64,000 bases of DNA from assembly GCA_965248755.1 (NCBI GenBank), contig OZ252149.1, positions 4,384,001-4,448,000 on the forward strand. The letters run 5' to 3'. The notes under the pieces were generated by a model. The model searched no databases, had not been told where the DNA came from, and saw nothing but the letters and a program-made list of their open reading frames with translations. The stretch is from Candidatus Latescibacterota bacterium (lineage in GTDB: Bacteria > Latescibacterota > CBDEFO01). Positions within the stretch are counted from its first letter, which is position 1. Each line of letters begins with the position of its first letter. Shown piece by piece: positions 33,702 through 43,389 of the stretch. The translations under genes were made by a program, and so were the position numbers.

Positions 33702-33820
33702 GATTGCTTCAGGGCTTCACTCCTTGCAATGAACTAAGGCCCTGAGTAAGCAGTCCGATTGTTAGGTGGTGTAGCAGCGTTGCTGGGGGGCAAAAGTCAC
33801 GACGTAAGCCAAGCAGTCTC
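33700..33820. repeat. REP/BIME-like palindromic repeat, locus 2 (degenerate)
   Basis: GAGATTGCTTC...TTGCAATGA ... AAGCAGTCTC; overlaps the cobA stop codon. Confidence 0.55.
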
Positions 33821-33877
33821 GCGCTCGCGCACAGGGGACTTCATCTCCTACGTGCTGTCTACTGGGAGGTAATATAG

Positions 33878-35110
33878 ATGCCGGAGCTTTTCAACGTGCT
33901 TGCGCCGGTTGCGGCGTATGAAACATTTCAAAAAGAGTTGTCGCCTTTAGTACAGGCGGAGACGATAGCAACTGAGGACGCTTTAGATAGGGTGACTGCT
34001 CAGGAGATTCGTTCTCCCATAGATCTTCCCGAATTCCCGCGTTCTACGATGGACGGGTACGCCCTCAGGGCTCAGGATACTTACGGGGCATCTGAGGGGC
34101 TGCCGGCCTATCTTAATGTGATAGCGGAGATTGAGATGGGAAATGCTCCTGACGTTAATATCTCGATAGGAGAGGGGGTGAAGATCCATACGGGCGGAAT
34201 GATAGCTGACGGAGCGGACGCCGTTGTGATGGTGGAGAATACGCAAGAGGTTGACGACGCAACGATAGAGGTAATGTGCCCTGTAGCTATGGGAGAGAAC
34301 GTGATCCAGATAGGGGAGGACGTCAAAAGGGACGAAGTTCTGCTTTCCAAGGGGTATATATTAAGACCGCAGGATATCGGTGGCTTGATGGCTGTGGGGG
34401 TCACAAAAGTCGCTGTGGCAAAAAGACCGCGTGTGGCCATAATATCCACAGGCGACGAAGTGGTACCGCCACAGGTCAAGCCCCAGATGGGGCAGATAAG
34501 GGATATAAACTCTTACACTGCTTCGACGCTGGTTACAAGGGCGGGAGGTATCCCCGTTTTGATAGGGATAGTGCCCGATAACTATAAGGCTTTGAAGGAC
34601 GCACTCTCTAGAGCTCTCAATGAGGCAGATATGGCTGTGATCTCAGCGGGAAGTTCGGTCAGCGCCAGGGACATAACGGCTGACGTGATAAACGATGTGG
34701 GAGATCCAGGCGTGATAGTTCACGGCGTGTCAATAAAGCCGGGTAAGCCGACAATATTAGCTCTGATCGGCGATAAACCCGTGTTCGGACTTCCGGGCAA
34801 CCCGGTGTCGGCTATGGTGATATTTGACCTTTTTATAACTCCTACTATCTATCGGTTAAGCGGTTGTGAAAATCCTCCGTCAAGGCAGGTTATAAGAGGC
34901 AAGGTCACCAGAAACATCGCCTCTACCGCGGGCAGGGAGGACTATGTTCAGGTCAGGATAGAGGAGAAAGACGGAGAGGTGTGGGTCGATCCTGTCTTCG
35001 GGAAGTCGAATCTTATTTACACGCTGATCAAGGCCGACGGCACGATGAAGGTGCCTTTAGAAAGCGGTGGATTATCTGAGGGCGCGATCGTGGATGTGAA
35101 GCTATTTTAG
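33878..35110 (+). CDS. moeA: Molybdopterin molybdo/tungsto-transferase MoeA (copy 1)
   Basis: STMDGYA, STGDE, SAGSS, IKPGKP, GLPGNPVS. Confidence 0.95.
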   Translation: MPELFNVLAPVAAYETFQKELSPLVQAETIATEDALDRVTAQEIRSPIDLPEFPRSTMDGYALRAQDTYGASEGLPAYLNVIAEIEMGNAPDVNISIGEGVKIHTGGMIADGADAVVMVENTQEVDDATIEVMCPVAMGENVIQIGEDVKRDEVLLSKGYILRPQDIGGLMAVGVTKVAVAKRPRVAIISTGDEVVPPQVKPQMGQIRDINSYTASTLVTRAGGIPVLIGIVPDNYKALKDALSRALNEADMAVISAGSSVSARDITADVINDVGDPGVIVHGVSIKPGKPTILALIGDKPVFGLPGNPVSAMVIFDLFITPTIYRLSGCENPPSRQVIRGKVTRNIASTAGREDYVQVRIEEKDGEVWVDPVFGKSNLIYTLIKADGTMKVPLESGGLSEGAIVDVKLF

Positions 35111-35177
35111 ATTAGAGGATATTCTCCGACGTTCCAAGTAATGAGAAAGACACGAAGCAAAGGAGGTTCGAAGGACT

Positions 35178-36152
35178 GTGGAAGATCATAACAACAGAGA
35201 ATCTGCAGCATTTTCGGTGAACATATCAAGGAGGAAGTTTCTCAAGGGAAGCATCGCTACTACAGCGGCTGTCTCTGTGGGAAGTTTCATGCCCGACAGA
35301 GCCGCGGCACAACTACCAATGGAGATCAACCAAGGAGGTTCTATGCCTATCATTGATGCTCACGTCCACGTCCTCAATAACTATGTGGCTATGGCTCCTC
35401 TTGAGGATATTGGGCGGCATGACCGACTCCTCTGGCATATGGATGAATGCGGGGTAGAAAAAGCGGTTATGCTGCCGGTGTTGGCGGACTTCTCGCCGAA
35501 GAACAATGAGGAATGTGCACAGCTTGCCAGAGAATACCCTGACCGTCTGGTCACCCTGACCTATGTCCATCTCGGCGAGCCAAACGCTGCGGAACAGATT
35601 GCGCGGGCGCGGGGGGAATTCGGGGCTGTGGGAATCATCTGCTATCCGTCGCCCAGGGATATCAAATGTATGACAGATCCAGCTTGTGAGCCGGTCTGGG
35701 AGGCCTTTAGTGCCAATGATCTGGTCTGCAACTTGCAGATCGCGCCGCCAAATTACGCCATTTTACTGGATCTGGCGCGAACTCATACAGATATCCGATT
35801 TGTGTGCAATCATATGGGCCTACCGCACAGTTTGAAGCTGGACGATGATAGCTACGGGGGTCTAATGGAAGCGGCGTCATTGCCCAATCTATTTGTCAAA
35901 GCATCGGCGTTCTACTCTCCAGCGGCGAGGTCCTGGGATTTCCGGTGTCCGCGGTCGCTGGGCTTTTTTTCGAATCTTCTGAAAGGATTGGGAGCAGATC
36001 GATTGCTCTGGGGATCGGACTGGCCGTCGGCAGGCAACCACGTTACCTACAGGCAGACCCTGGAGACTGTACGCACCTTTGCCGTAGACCTGGACGATGA
36101 AAGTCGTGCACTGGTTTTGGGCGGGAATGCCGCCAGGGTTTTCAAGATCTGA
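35178..36152 (+). CDS. Amidohydrolase_2 family protein with N-terminal Tat signal (alternative internal start at 35343)
   Basis: SRRKFLK...AAA signal; IIDAHVH, NHMG, LLWGSDWP. Confidence 0.88.
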   Translation: MEDHNNRESAAFSVNISRRKFLKGSIATTAAVSVGSFMPDRAAAQLPMEINQGGSMPIIDAHVHVLNNYVAMAPLEDIGRHDRLLWHMDECGVEKAVMLPVLADFSPKNNEECAQLAREYPDRLVTLTYVHLGEPNAAEQIARARGEFGAVGIICYPSPRDIKCMTDPACEPVWEAFSANDLVCNLQIAPPNYAILLDLARTHTDIRFVCNHMGLPHSLKLDDDSYGGLMEAASLPNLFVKASAFYSPAARSWDFRCPRSLGFFSNLLKGLGADRLLWGSDWPSAGNHVTYRQTLETVRTFAVDLDDESRALVLGGNAARVFKI

Positions 36153-36460
36153 GGATCTTGCTGTAGCAAAGCCGAGACCGCTGTATCTAGATATAATCAG
36201 ATTATGGGTCCTCAATTTCAATTAGAGACTTCTAACGCCAAGTTTGTCAAGACTCTGATTGCTACTTATAGATCGCCAGTGAAGGAGGTTCGAAGGACTG
36301 TGGACGATCATAAGGGCAAAGATCTGCGCCATTCCCGGTGAAGATATCGAGACGGAAGTTTTGAAGGGAAGTATCGCTACTACAGCAGCTGCCTCTATCG
36401 AAAGTTCCATCTCCGATGGAGCCTCAGCACCACACAAATGGTTATTAACCAAGGAAATGT

Positions 36461-37270
36461 ATGCCTATCATTGATGCTCACGTCCACGTCCTCGACAACT
36501 ATGTGTCAATGGCTCCGTTTGAGGATAACGGCCGGTATGACCGACTCCTCTGGCTAATGGATGAGTGTGGGGTAGAAAAAGCGGTTATGTTGCCGGTGGT
36601 GGCTGACTTCTCACCGAAGAACAACGAGGAATGTGCACAGCTTTCCAGAGAATATCCAGACCGCCTAGCTGCCTTGACCGATGTCCAGCTCAACCAGCCA
36701 AACGCAGCGGAGCAGATTACTCGCGCCCGGGAAGAATTCGAGGCAGTGGGCATCAGCTACTATCCGCCGTCCAGCGATCTCAAATGGATGACAGAGGCGG
36801 CGTATGGCCCGGTCTGGGAGGCGTTTCGTGCCAATGATCTGGTCTGCAACTTGCATGCCTCACCGTCCCATTACGCCGTTCTACTTGAGCTGGCACGGAC
36901 TCATACAGATATCCGGTTTGTGTTCAATCATCTGGGCCATCCGGGCAGTCTGAAGCTGGACGATACCAGTTACGGGGGACTGCTGGGGTCGTCGTCATTG
37001 CCCAATCTGTTTGTCAAGGCATCGGCGTTGTACGCTGCAGCGGCGACACCCTGGGATTTCCGGTGTCCGCGGGCGCTGGGCTTTTTTTCGAGACTTCTGA
37101 AAGGACTGGGGGCAGACCGACTGCTCTGGGGATCGAACTGGCCACCAGCAGGATATCACCTTACCTACAGGCAGACCCTGGAGACTGTCCGCACCTTTGC
37201 TGTAGACCTGAACGATGAAAGTCGTGAACTGGTTTTGGGTGGGAATGCTGCCAGGGTTTACAAGATCTGA
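36461..37270 (+). CDS. Amidohydrolase_2 family protein (paralogue without signal peptide)
   Basis: IIDAHVH, NHLG, LLWGSNWP; aligns end to end with 35343-36152. Confidence 0.88.
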   Translation: MPIIDAHVHVLDNYVSMAPFEDNGRYDRLLWLMDECGVEKAVMLPVVADFSPKNNEECAQLSREYPDRLAALTDVQLNQPNAAEQITRAREEFEAVGISYYPPSSDLKWMTEAAYGPVWEAFRANDLVCNLHASPSHYAVLLELARTHTDIRFVFNHLGHPGSLKLDDTSYGGLLGSSSLPNLFVKASALYAAAATPWDFRCPRALGFFSRLLKGLGADRLLWGSNWPPAGYHLTYRQTLETVRTFAVDLNDESRELVLGGNAARVYKI

Positions 37271-37518
37271 GGGATTGTTGCAGGAGAGCCGAGCCTGCCG
37301 TATCTCTATATAAGTCTACTAGTGATTCTCAGCTTCAAGCATGAGACATCCAACGACAAAAGGTGGAAATCCAAATCGGGTATGTGACCCCCCAATACCC
37401 GGTATGTGTGGGAATAACGGATTCCTTCAAAGCAGAAATAGATACAAGGGAATCAGTTTGAGTTGGAACAGTACCCCATAAATTGTTTTTATACAAGAAA
37501 GCCGATTAGAGGCAAAAG

Positions 37519-39459
37519 ATGCACGAGCATAGATACAGAAAGGTTTATTTAAAGGAAACGTCTTTAGATAAGGGACTGGAGACGTTCTTAAGCGCTTTGA
37601 AGAAGGTTGGGGCACTTGAACCCCTTGAGGGCGAAACTGTTGCCGTGGCGGTTTCTCTGGGGAGGGTTACGTCCCGTCCTGTGTGGGCGAAGATCTCTTC
37701 GCCTCATTACCACGGATCGGCAATGGACGGTGCAGCGGTGAAGGCAGTGGAAACTGTGGGGGCGTCTGAGGTGTCGCCTGTAAGGTTGAAGATGGACAAG
37801 CAGGTTCGATGGGTAGATACGGGAGATCCTATACCTGCAGGGTTTAATGCAGTTATTATGATCGAAAACATCCATGAGATAGATAAAGAGACGATCGAAA
37901 TTATGACACCTGTGGCTCCATGGAATCACGTGAGGCTCTTGGGCGAGGACATTGTGGCGACGGAGCTTATACTACCCGAAAACCACAGGATCCGCCCTGT
38001 GGACATGGGGGCGATAGCCGCATGTGGTCTCTCGGAGGTCGAGGTTAGGAGGAAGCCCCGCGTGGGGATCATGCCCACGGGATCTGAGCTTGTGAACCCC
38101 CGCGAATCACTAAAGGTCGGAGAAATAATAGAATTTAATTCTCTTGTGCTTGCGGGGTTTGTGGAGGAATGGGGAGGGACCCCAAAGCAGCTAGGTATCG
38201 TAAAGGACGAGTACAATCTTATTAAGGAAAACGTGGAGAAGGCCTTGGAGGAGAACGACATAGTCGTGATAAATGCAGGGTCGTCCGCGGGAGCTGAGGA
38301 TTACACTGCCCCTGTTATAGATGAGTTAGGGGAGGTTCTGGTTCACGGGATTTCTATAAGGCCGGGTCACCCTGTGGTATTGGGAATTGCGAAGGACAAG
38401 CCTGTCGTAGGGATTCCGGGTTATCCGGTGTCGGCTATTCTGACGTTCGATCTATTAGTGAAGCCTGTGATATATAGGATGTTGGGGAACGCCCCTCCCA
38501 CAAGGAGTAAGATGAAGGCTTTTATGACGAGGAAAGTGCTTTCTCCGATGGGCGAGGACGAGTTCTTAAGGGTCAAGGTGGGGGTGGTGGGAGACAGGGC
38601 TGTGGCTACGCCTCTTCAAAGGGGAGCAGGGATAATTATGTCTTTAGTGAGGGCTGACGGTCTGGTCAAGATTCCGCAGTTCTCTGAGGGTATCCAATCG
38701 GGATCCGAGGTCGAGGTTGAGCTTCTAAGAGAACAGGAGGAAGTCGAAAATACTATCGTTGCCATAGGCAGCCACGATCTGACTTTGGATCTATTGGCCA
38801 GCTTCTTAAGCAAAAAGTATCCGGATCTGAGTCTCGCTTCATCCAATGTCGGCAGCTTCGGGGGACTGACTGCTTTGCATAGAGATGAAGCACACTTTGC
38901 AGGGTCACACCTTTTAAATGAAAAGACGGGGGAGTATAACGTTTCATACGTAATGAAGTTATTGAAAGGCAAAGAGATAGTGCTTCTCAATTTAGTCTAT
39001 CGGGATCAGGGATTGATAGTCCCAGTGGGGAATCCGAAGAATATAGTAGGTCTGGAGGATCTTTTGAGGGATGAGGTCAATTTTGTGAATCGTCAAAGAG
39101 GCTCTGGAACGAGGGTCCTTTTAGACTATAAATTAAAGGAGATGGGCGTAGATCCTTCCAAGATAAACGGATACGAGCGCGAGGAGTTTACACATCTTGC
39201 CGTAGCTGCGGATGTGAAAAGTGGGACTGCGGATACAGGCTTAGGTATACTTGCGGCTGCCAGGGCATTGGCTTTAGACTTCGTGCCGCTGTTGAAGGAA
39301 AGATACGATCTTGTGATACCGAAGGAGTATTACGAAAGCGATATACTTCAACCGCTTTTGAATATTCTACGAGGGAATGAATTTAAGGAAACGGTGGAGT
39401 CTCTGGGCGGATACGATGTATCGCAAATGGGACAGGTAATAGATGAGATAAATGTATAG
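37519..39459 (+). CDS. moeA: MoeA fused to a PBP/LysR-type substrate-binding domain (copy 2)
   Basis: SAMDG, AGSSAG, IRPGHP, PGYPVS; C-terminal IGSHD, VNRQRGSGTR, THLAVA. Confidence 0.93.
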   Translation: MHEHRYRKVYLKETSLDKGLETFLSALKKVGALEPLEGETVAVAVSLGRVTSRPVWAKISSPHYHGSAMDGAAVKAVETVGASEVSPVRLKMDKQVRWVDTGDPIPAGFNAVIMIENIHEIDKETIEIMTPVAPWNHVRLLGEDIVATELILPENHRIRPVDMGAIAACGLSEVEVRRKPRVGIMPTGSELVNPRESLKVGEIIEFNSLVLAGFVEEWGGTPKQLGIVKDEYNLIKENVEKALEENDIVVINAGSSAGAEDYTAPVIDELGEVLVHGISIRPGHPVVLGIAKDKPVVGIPGYPVSAILTFDLLVKPVIYRMLGNAPPTRSKMKAFMTRKVLSPMGEDEFLRVKVGVVGDRAVATPLQRGAGIIMSLVRADGLVKIPQFSEGIQSGSEVEVELLREQEEVENTIVAIGSHDLTLDLLASFLSKKYPDLSLASSNVGSFGGLTALHRDEAHFAGSHLLNEKTGEYNVSYVMKLLKGKEIVLLNLVYRDQGLIVPVGNPKNIVGLEDLLRDEVNFVNRQRGSGTRVLLDYKLKEMGVDPSKINGYEREEFTHLAVAADVKSGTADTGLGILAAARALALDFVPLLKERYDLVIPKEYYESDILQPLLNILRGNEFKETVESLGGYDVSQMGQVIDEINV

Positions 39460-39672
39460 GGTTTAAGAGCAGCTTTACGCGCAGCTTTAAGGGCAGCTGA
39501 AAAGCGCTTCAGAGGAAGTTCGCCTCTCAAAAATGGAAATAGAGGCTATATTTTTATTGTGTGAAAAGCAGATCGTCCTTATATTAAGCATTGTTCTTAA
39601 GTTCAGTTAAGCAGCGGCATCTGTATTGAGCAACTTACAGCTTGTTGCTGCTGACGTACAGAGGATTTTCAT

Positions 39673-40544
39673 GTGAAAGCGTTTGAGTACTTCAGACCGA
39701 ATACCATAGAAGAGGCAATAGAGATTCTGAGCCAATGGGGAGAAGTGGCGGTGGCGTTTGCGGGCGGAACAGATCTCCTCGTCCGGATGAAGGATAGACA
39801 CTTAACGCCCAAGTGTCTGGTAGATATCAAGGGGATTCCAGGATTAGATGTTATCAAATACGATGAACATGAAGGACTTACCTTGGGATCTATGGTATCT
39901 TTCAGGGATATAGAGAAGTCTGAGGTGATCAGGAGGAACTACCCAATATTGGTTCAGGGCGCCGAGATTGTGGGGTCTTTTCAGATAAGGAACAGAGGGA
40001 GCATAGGTGGGAATCTGTGCAACGCCGCTCCGTCTGCGGACATCGTTCCTCCCTTGATAGTGCTCGGGGCTGTGGCCATATAGCGGGACCGGAAGGTGAA
40101 AAATCAATGCTTGTAGAGGAGTTCTTCCTGGGACCGGGGAAGACTGCGCTTGCAAACAACGAGATGCTTTTGAGACTGACTGTGCCTCCTTCCGTAAAAA
40201 GAGGCGGCGCCTACATGAGACATACGACACGGGAGGCCATGGACATAGCTGTCGTGGGCGTCGGAGCAATAGTCCAACTTGGAGAGAATAACGGCCTCTG
40301 CGAAGACAGTAAGATATGTCTGGGCGCTGTGGCTCCTGTTCCGATAAGGGCCCACAATGCAGAGGGGATACTCAAGGGAAAAGAAATTACGGATGAGTTA
40401 GTAGAAGAGGCGGCTTAGGCGGCGTCGGACGAATCGAAGCCCATAACTGATGTGAGGGGGACAGCCCAGTTCAGAAGGGAATTGGTCAGGGCGTTGACAA
40501 GCAGAATGATCAAGAAGGCGATTGAGGACGCAAAATCGAGGTAG
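39673..40544 (+). pseudogene. Xanthine/CO dehydrogenase family FAD-binding subunit (CoxM-like) pseudogene
   Basis: FEYFRP, AGGTDL, QIRNRGSIGGNLCNAAPSAD; frameshift near 40080; in-frame TAG at 40416-40418, after which the frame continues PITDVRGTAQFRR to TAG 40542-40544. Confidence 0.88.
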
Positions 40545-40546
40545 AT

Positions 40547-41041
40547 TTGAGGGAAACTGTGAAGCTTCATGTAAGCATGGTCGTAAATAGCGAAGATTAT
40601 GAGGTCGAAGTGGAGCCCAGAAAGGTGCTGCTTACGGTTATGAGGGACTCCTTGGAGCTGATAGGGACCAAGGAGGGGTGCGGAACAGGAGACTGCGGGG
40701 CGTGCACGGTCATTATGAACGGCCAGACGGTCAATTCGTGTCTTGTGTTAGGAGTTGAGGCTGACGGAGCAAATATTGTGACCATAGAGGGAATTGATAC
40801 GAGCGAAGGACTGAGTCCAGTGCAAGAGGCGATAGTGAAGTTCGGAGGGATTCAGTGCGGGTTCTGCACACCGGGGATAATTGTGTCGGCCAAGGCTCTT
40901 TTGGATGAAAATCGCGATCCGAACGAGGAAGAGATCAGGAAAGGAATCGCCGGGAATCTATGCAGGTGCACGGGGTACAGTAAGATCGTCGAAGCGATTC
41001 AGGATGCCGCAAGACTTAGACGTGAGACGATAAAGAATTAG
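40547..41041 (+). CDS. (2Fe-2S)-binding subunit, CoxS/XdhC-like
   Basis: KEGCGTGDCGAC, QCGFCTPG, GNLCRCTGY. Confidence 0.93.
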   Translation: MRETVKLHVSMVVNSEDYEVEVEPRKVLLTVMRDSLELIGTKEGCGTGDCGACTVIMNGQTVNSCLVLGVEADGANIVTIEGIDTSEGLSPVQEAIVKFGGIQCGFCTPGIIVSAKALLDENRDPNEEEIRKGIAGNLCRCTGYSKIVEAIQDAARLRRETIKN

Positions 41042-41172
41042 CGCTATTTTCATTTTGCGCAAATGTTGAAGCCGATCGCTTTTGTCTTCTCTTAACTACT
41101 TCAGCTATCTGTCACGCGGATAACGGTATAGCTCTTGTAAGGTCAAACCAACGAAGAGGGAGGAGTGCAACA

Positions 41173-41964
41173 ATGAATCGTATCATCGTAATGGCCCTTA
41201 TATGCCTGTGCTGTACGGGAAGTAAGATAGATGCTCGGATTATTGACTTGAAACAGTCTCTTAATCTTGCAAAAGGCGGCACAATCTCCGCAGAAACTGT
41301 GGCAAACTGGGTAAAGGAAACTACAAGTGCAGATACGCTGCTGTGCAACTCCCTAGTGGTGAGAGGAGATATTGATTTCAGGAGTAATGGGATCGATACC
41401 GTATGGTGCATGCTTTACTTTAAGGAAACGACATTTCGAGGAAAGTCCTACTTCACAAGGACGATGTTTCAAGGAGGAGCCGACTTTACAGGAGCGACGT
41501 TTCAGGAAAAGGCCGACTTTGTAGAAGCGATCTTTCAAGGAGAAGCCGGTTTCGCAAAAGCGACGTTTCAACGTGATGCTGATCTCAGGGAAGCGATGTT
41601 TCAACGAGATTCCTACTTCACAGAAGCAACGTTTCAGCGAGAAACTATCTTCTGGGGAGTAACGTTTCAAGGGGAAGCTAACTTCACAGAAGCGACGTTT
41701 CAAGAAGCAGCCGATTTCACAGAAGCGACGTTTCAAGAAGCAGCCGATTTCACAGAAGCGACGTTTCAAAGAGGGACGGATTTCACAAAAGCAACGTTTC
41801 AACGAGAGACCGAATTCGCGGAAGCGATGTTTCAACGAGATGCCCACTTCGCAGAAGCGATGTTTCAACGAGAGACGAACTTCAGGGGTGTGACGTTTCA
41901 AGGAAAGGCCGACTTCAGGGGTGTGACGTCTCAAGGACAGGCCGACTTCAGAGATGCATTTTAG
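41173..41964 (+). CDS. Exported pentapeptide-repeat protein with 11-aa repeats (possibly C-terminally truncated)
   Basis: Signal/lipoprotein-like N-terminus; about 16 copies of F-x-E-A-T-F-Q-x-x-A-D. Confidence 0.8.
   Translation: MNRIIVMALICLCCTGSKIDARIIDLKQSLNLAKGGTISAETVANWVKETTSADTLLCNSLVVRGDIDFRSNGIDTVWCMLYFKETTFRGKSYFTRTMFQGGADFTGATFQEKADFVEAIFQGEAGFAKATFQRDADLREAMFQRDSYFTEATFQRETIFWGVTFQGEANFTEATFQEAADFTEATFQEAADFTEATFQRGTDFTKATFQRETEFAEAMFQRDAHFAEAMFQRETNFRGVTFQGKADFRGVTSQGQADFRDAF
41420..41960 (+). repeat. 33-bp coding tandem repeat array
   Basis: TTCACAGAAGCGACGTTTCAAGAAGCAGCCGAT is exactly duplicated from 41683; degenerate units flank it. Confidence 0.9.
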
Positions 41965-42514
41965 TCAAAAGCGAGAGAAGTGACAACTCACTTCCTGAAC
42001 TCCTTCAAATTCCGTGATGCAACGGCCTTCGCTGATAAAATTTCCTTGATGGTATGCTTCAGCTCTTAGGGGCATTGTGTGAAAACTGCGTCGTTCCGTC
42101 TAACTTGTTGATGAGTGGACGTATGTTCTTGGGAAAGCGGCGATAGAGAGCATACATGAGTTTCCTTCGGGTTTGACATCTTGCAACAACCTAAGTGAGT
42201 CACTGTCTCCGGAAACAGAACCCTGCTGAAAGGTGAAAAGTCAGAACGGAAACCTGTCATCGTGAGCGATTACGAGTAAGCGCGGTTCTGTGGCTGAAAA
42301 GTTGTGAAAATCTAAGAATGATATTGCTTAGCTACAGATTCAAAGGTCGTTTGATATACGGAAGATCTAAGGAAAACTCAACCTTTCGGAAGCTCGGGCA
42401 ATATGTTACCAAAGATTGCTATCCAGTCTGAGTTTTAAGTCACATGCTGCTGCTCGTCCTATGTTGACCACTCTAACTTTACTTCCCTAACACCCGCGTT
42501 GCTGTAGTCTTCCT

Positions 42515-42886
42515 CTAAGGATCCTCCAAATATCTCCTAATTGCCCTATTTACCAGTTCTGCCGTGGCTTTGCCTTCCTCTTTCGCCTTATTACTCAATG
42601 GTTCGTATAGTGCGTCTTCGATCCAGTGGGTTCTCCGTGACTTTGGACTTTTTGACTTCTGAAATTTCTGCGTGCTCTCAGCTTCTTCCTCGGCAAGCGA
42701 CGACGCTTCCTGCGAGTCTTCGGAGACTTTGCTCTGGTTTGTCTTTGAATGATCCAATTCATAGAGACGGTCCATTGATGAGATTTCTGGTACGTTTCTT
42801 CTCCGTAGAATTGCGAGCGCGACCAGTCCAAGAGCTAGAGACAGTCCGCTCGTCAAAAAGAGTCCCAAAATGATCCATTTATACAT
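42515..42886 (-). CDS. Single-pass membrane protein with C-terminal ribbon-helix-helix-like domain
   Basis: N-terminal TM followed by RRR; polar linker; RRTHWIEDALYEPLSNKAKEEGKATAELVNRAIRRYL. Confidence 0.6.
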   Translation of the reverse strand: MYKWIILGLFLTSGLSLALGLVALAILRRRNVPEISSMDRLYELDHSKTNQSKVSEDSQEASSLAEEEAESTQKFQKSKSPKSRRTHWIEDALYEPLSNKAKEEGKATAELVNRAIRRYLEDP

Positions 42887-43128
42887 CAGTTACTTTCTTT
42901 CTCTATGCCTGGATATGTATCGTCTGCCCCTAATCCAATTTGGGCCCTTACACACACTGCAGAGCAACCGCCTCCTACTCTTTCTCTCCTGGTGTCTTTA
43001 TACCAGGAGCGCAGAGAAGAAAAGAGAGTTGCACAAGCCCAATGATCACCCAATCGAATGAGGGAATTACTGACTCGGGTGAATATACTGAAAAAAGAGA
43101 GAAAAGTCAATAACAATCGATCTGGATC

Positions 43129-43341
43129 CAGGTTCATTTAGGTTTTTCGGAGGTAAGCTAGCACTGACTGCACGCCAGGCGGGCCCGTCTGTTCGCTCCA
43201 AGCGCAGGGCAACACAGGCACTACATTAAGAAAGGGGTGCTCAAATCCAGCACACGACACAGTGCAGAAGTCTTACTTAATCTGAATACTGCACTTGGCT
43301 CCTACCCAAACTAAAGCTTCTAAGAAAATTAAATGGCCCTG
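43129..43341. mobile_element. Putative MITE, copy 2 (213 bp)
   Basis: CAGGTTCATTTAGGTT and AAATTAAATGGCCCTG are 12/16 complementary; shares TTTCGGAGGTAAG, TCAAATC and CTACC blocks in order with copy 1. Confidence 0.55.
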
Positions 43342-43360
43342 CTAATCCAATTGGTTTCTC

Positions 43361-43389
43361 TTGACATCTAACAAGTTCGTCTGTATCAT
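43361..43389 (+). promoter_or_regulatory. Putative sigma70 promoter
   Basis: TTGACA-17 bp-TATCAT. Confidence 0.5.

Larger units (their letters stand above)
35160..37360 (+). repeat. Tandem duplication of an approximately 1.1-kb unit (leader + amidohydrolase + trailer)
   Basis: AAGGAGGTTCGAAGGACTGTGGA is identical at 35160 and 36282; genes and 3' trailers are collinear; right boundary approximate. Confidence 0.9.

Noticed and set aside
33720..33877. Moco/Wco riboswitch upstream of moeA
   Set aside because: No recognisable Moco RNA motif by eye, and the region is explained by a degenerate REP-like repeat; an Rfam scan would settle it
41420..41960. CRISPR array or DGR template/variable repeats
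   Set aside because: The units are contiguous in-frame 33-bp coding repeats without unique spacers; no cas or reverse transcriptase gene is present
42066..42500. Possible IS end or attC-like sites (GGCATTGTGTGAAAAC, TCTAAC, CCTAAC)
   Set aside because: No partner inverted repeat or complete attC hairpin found
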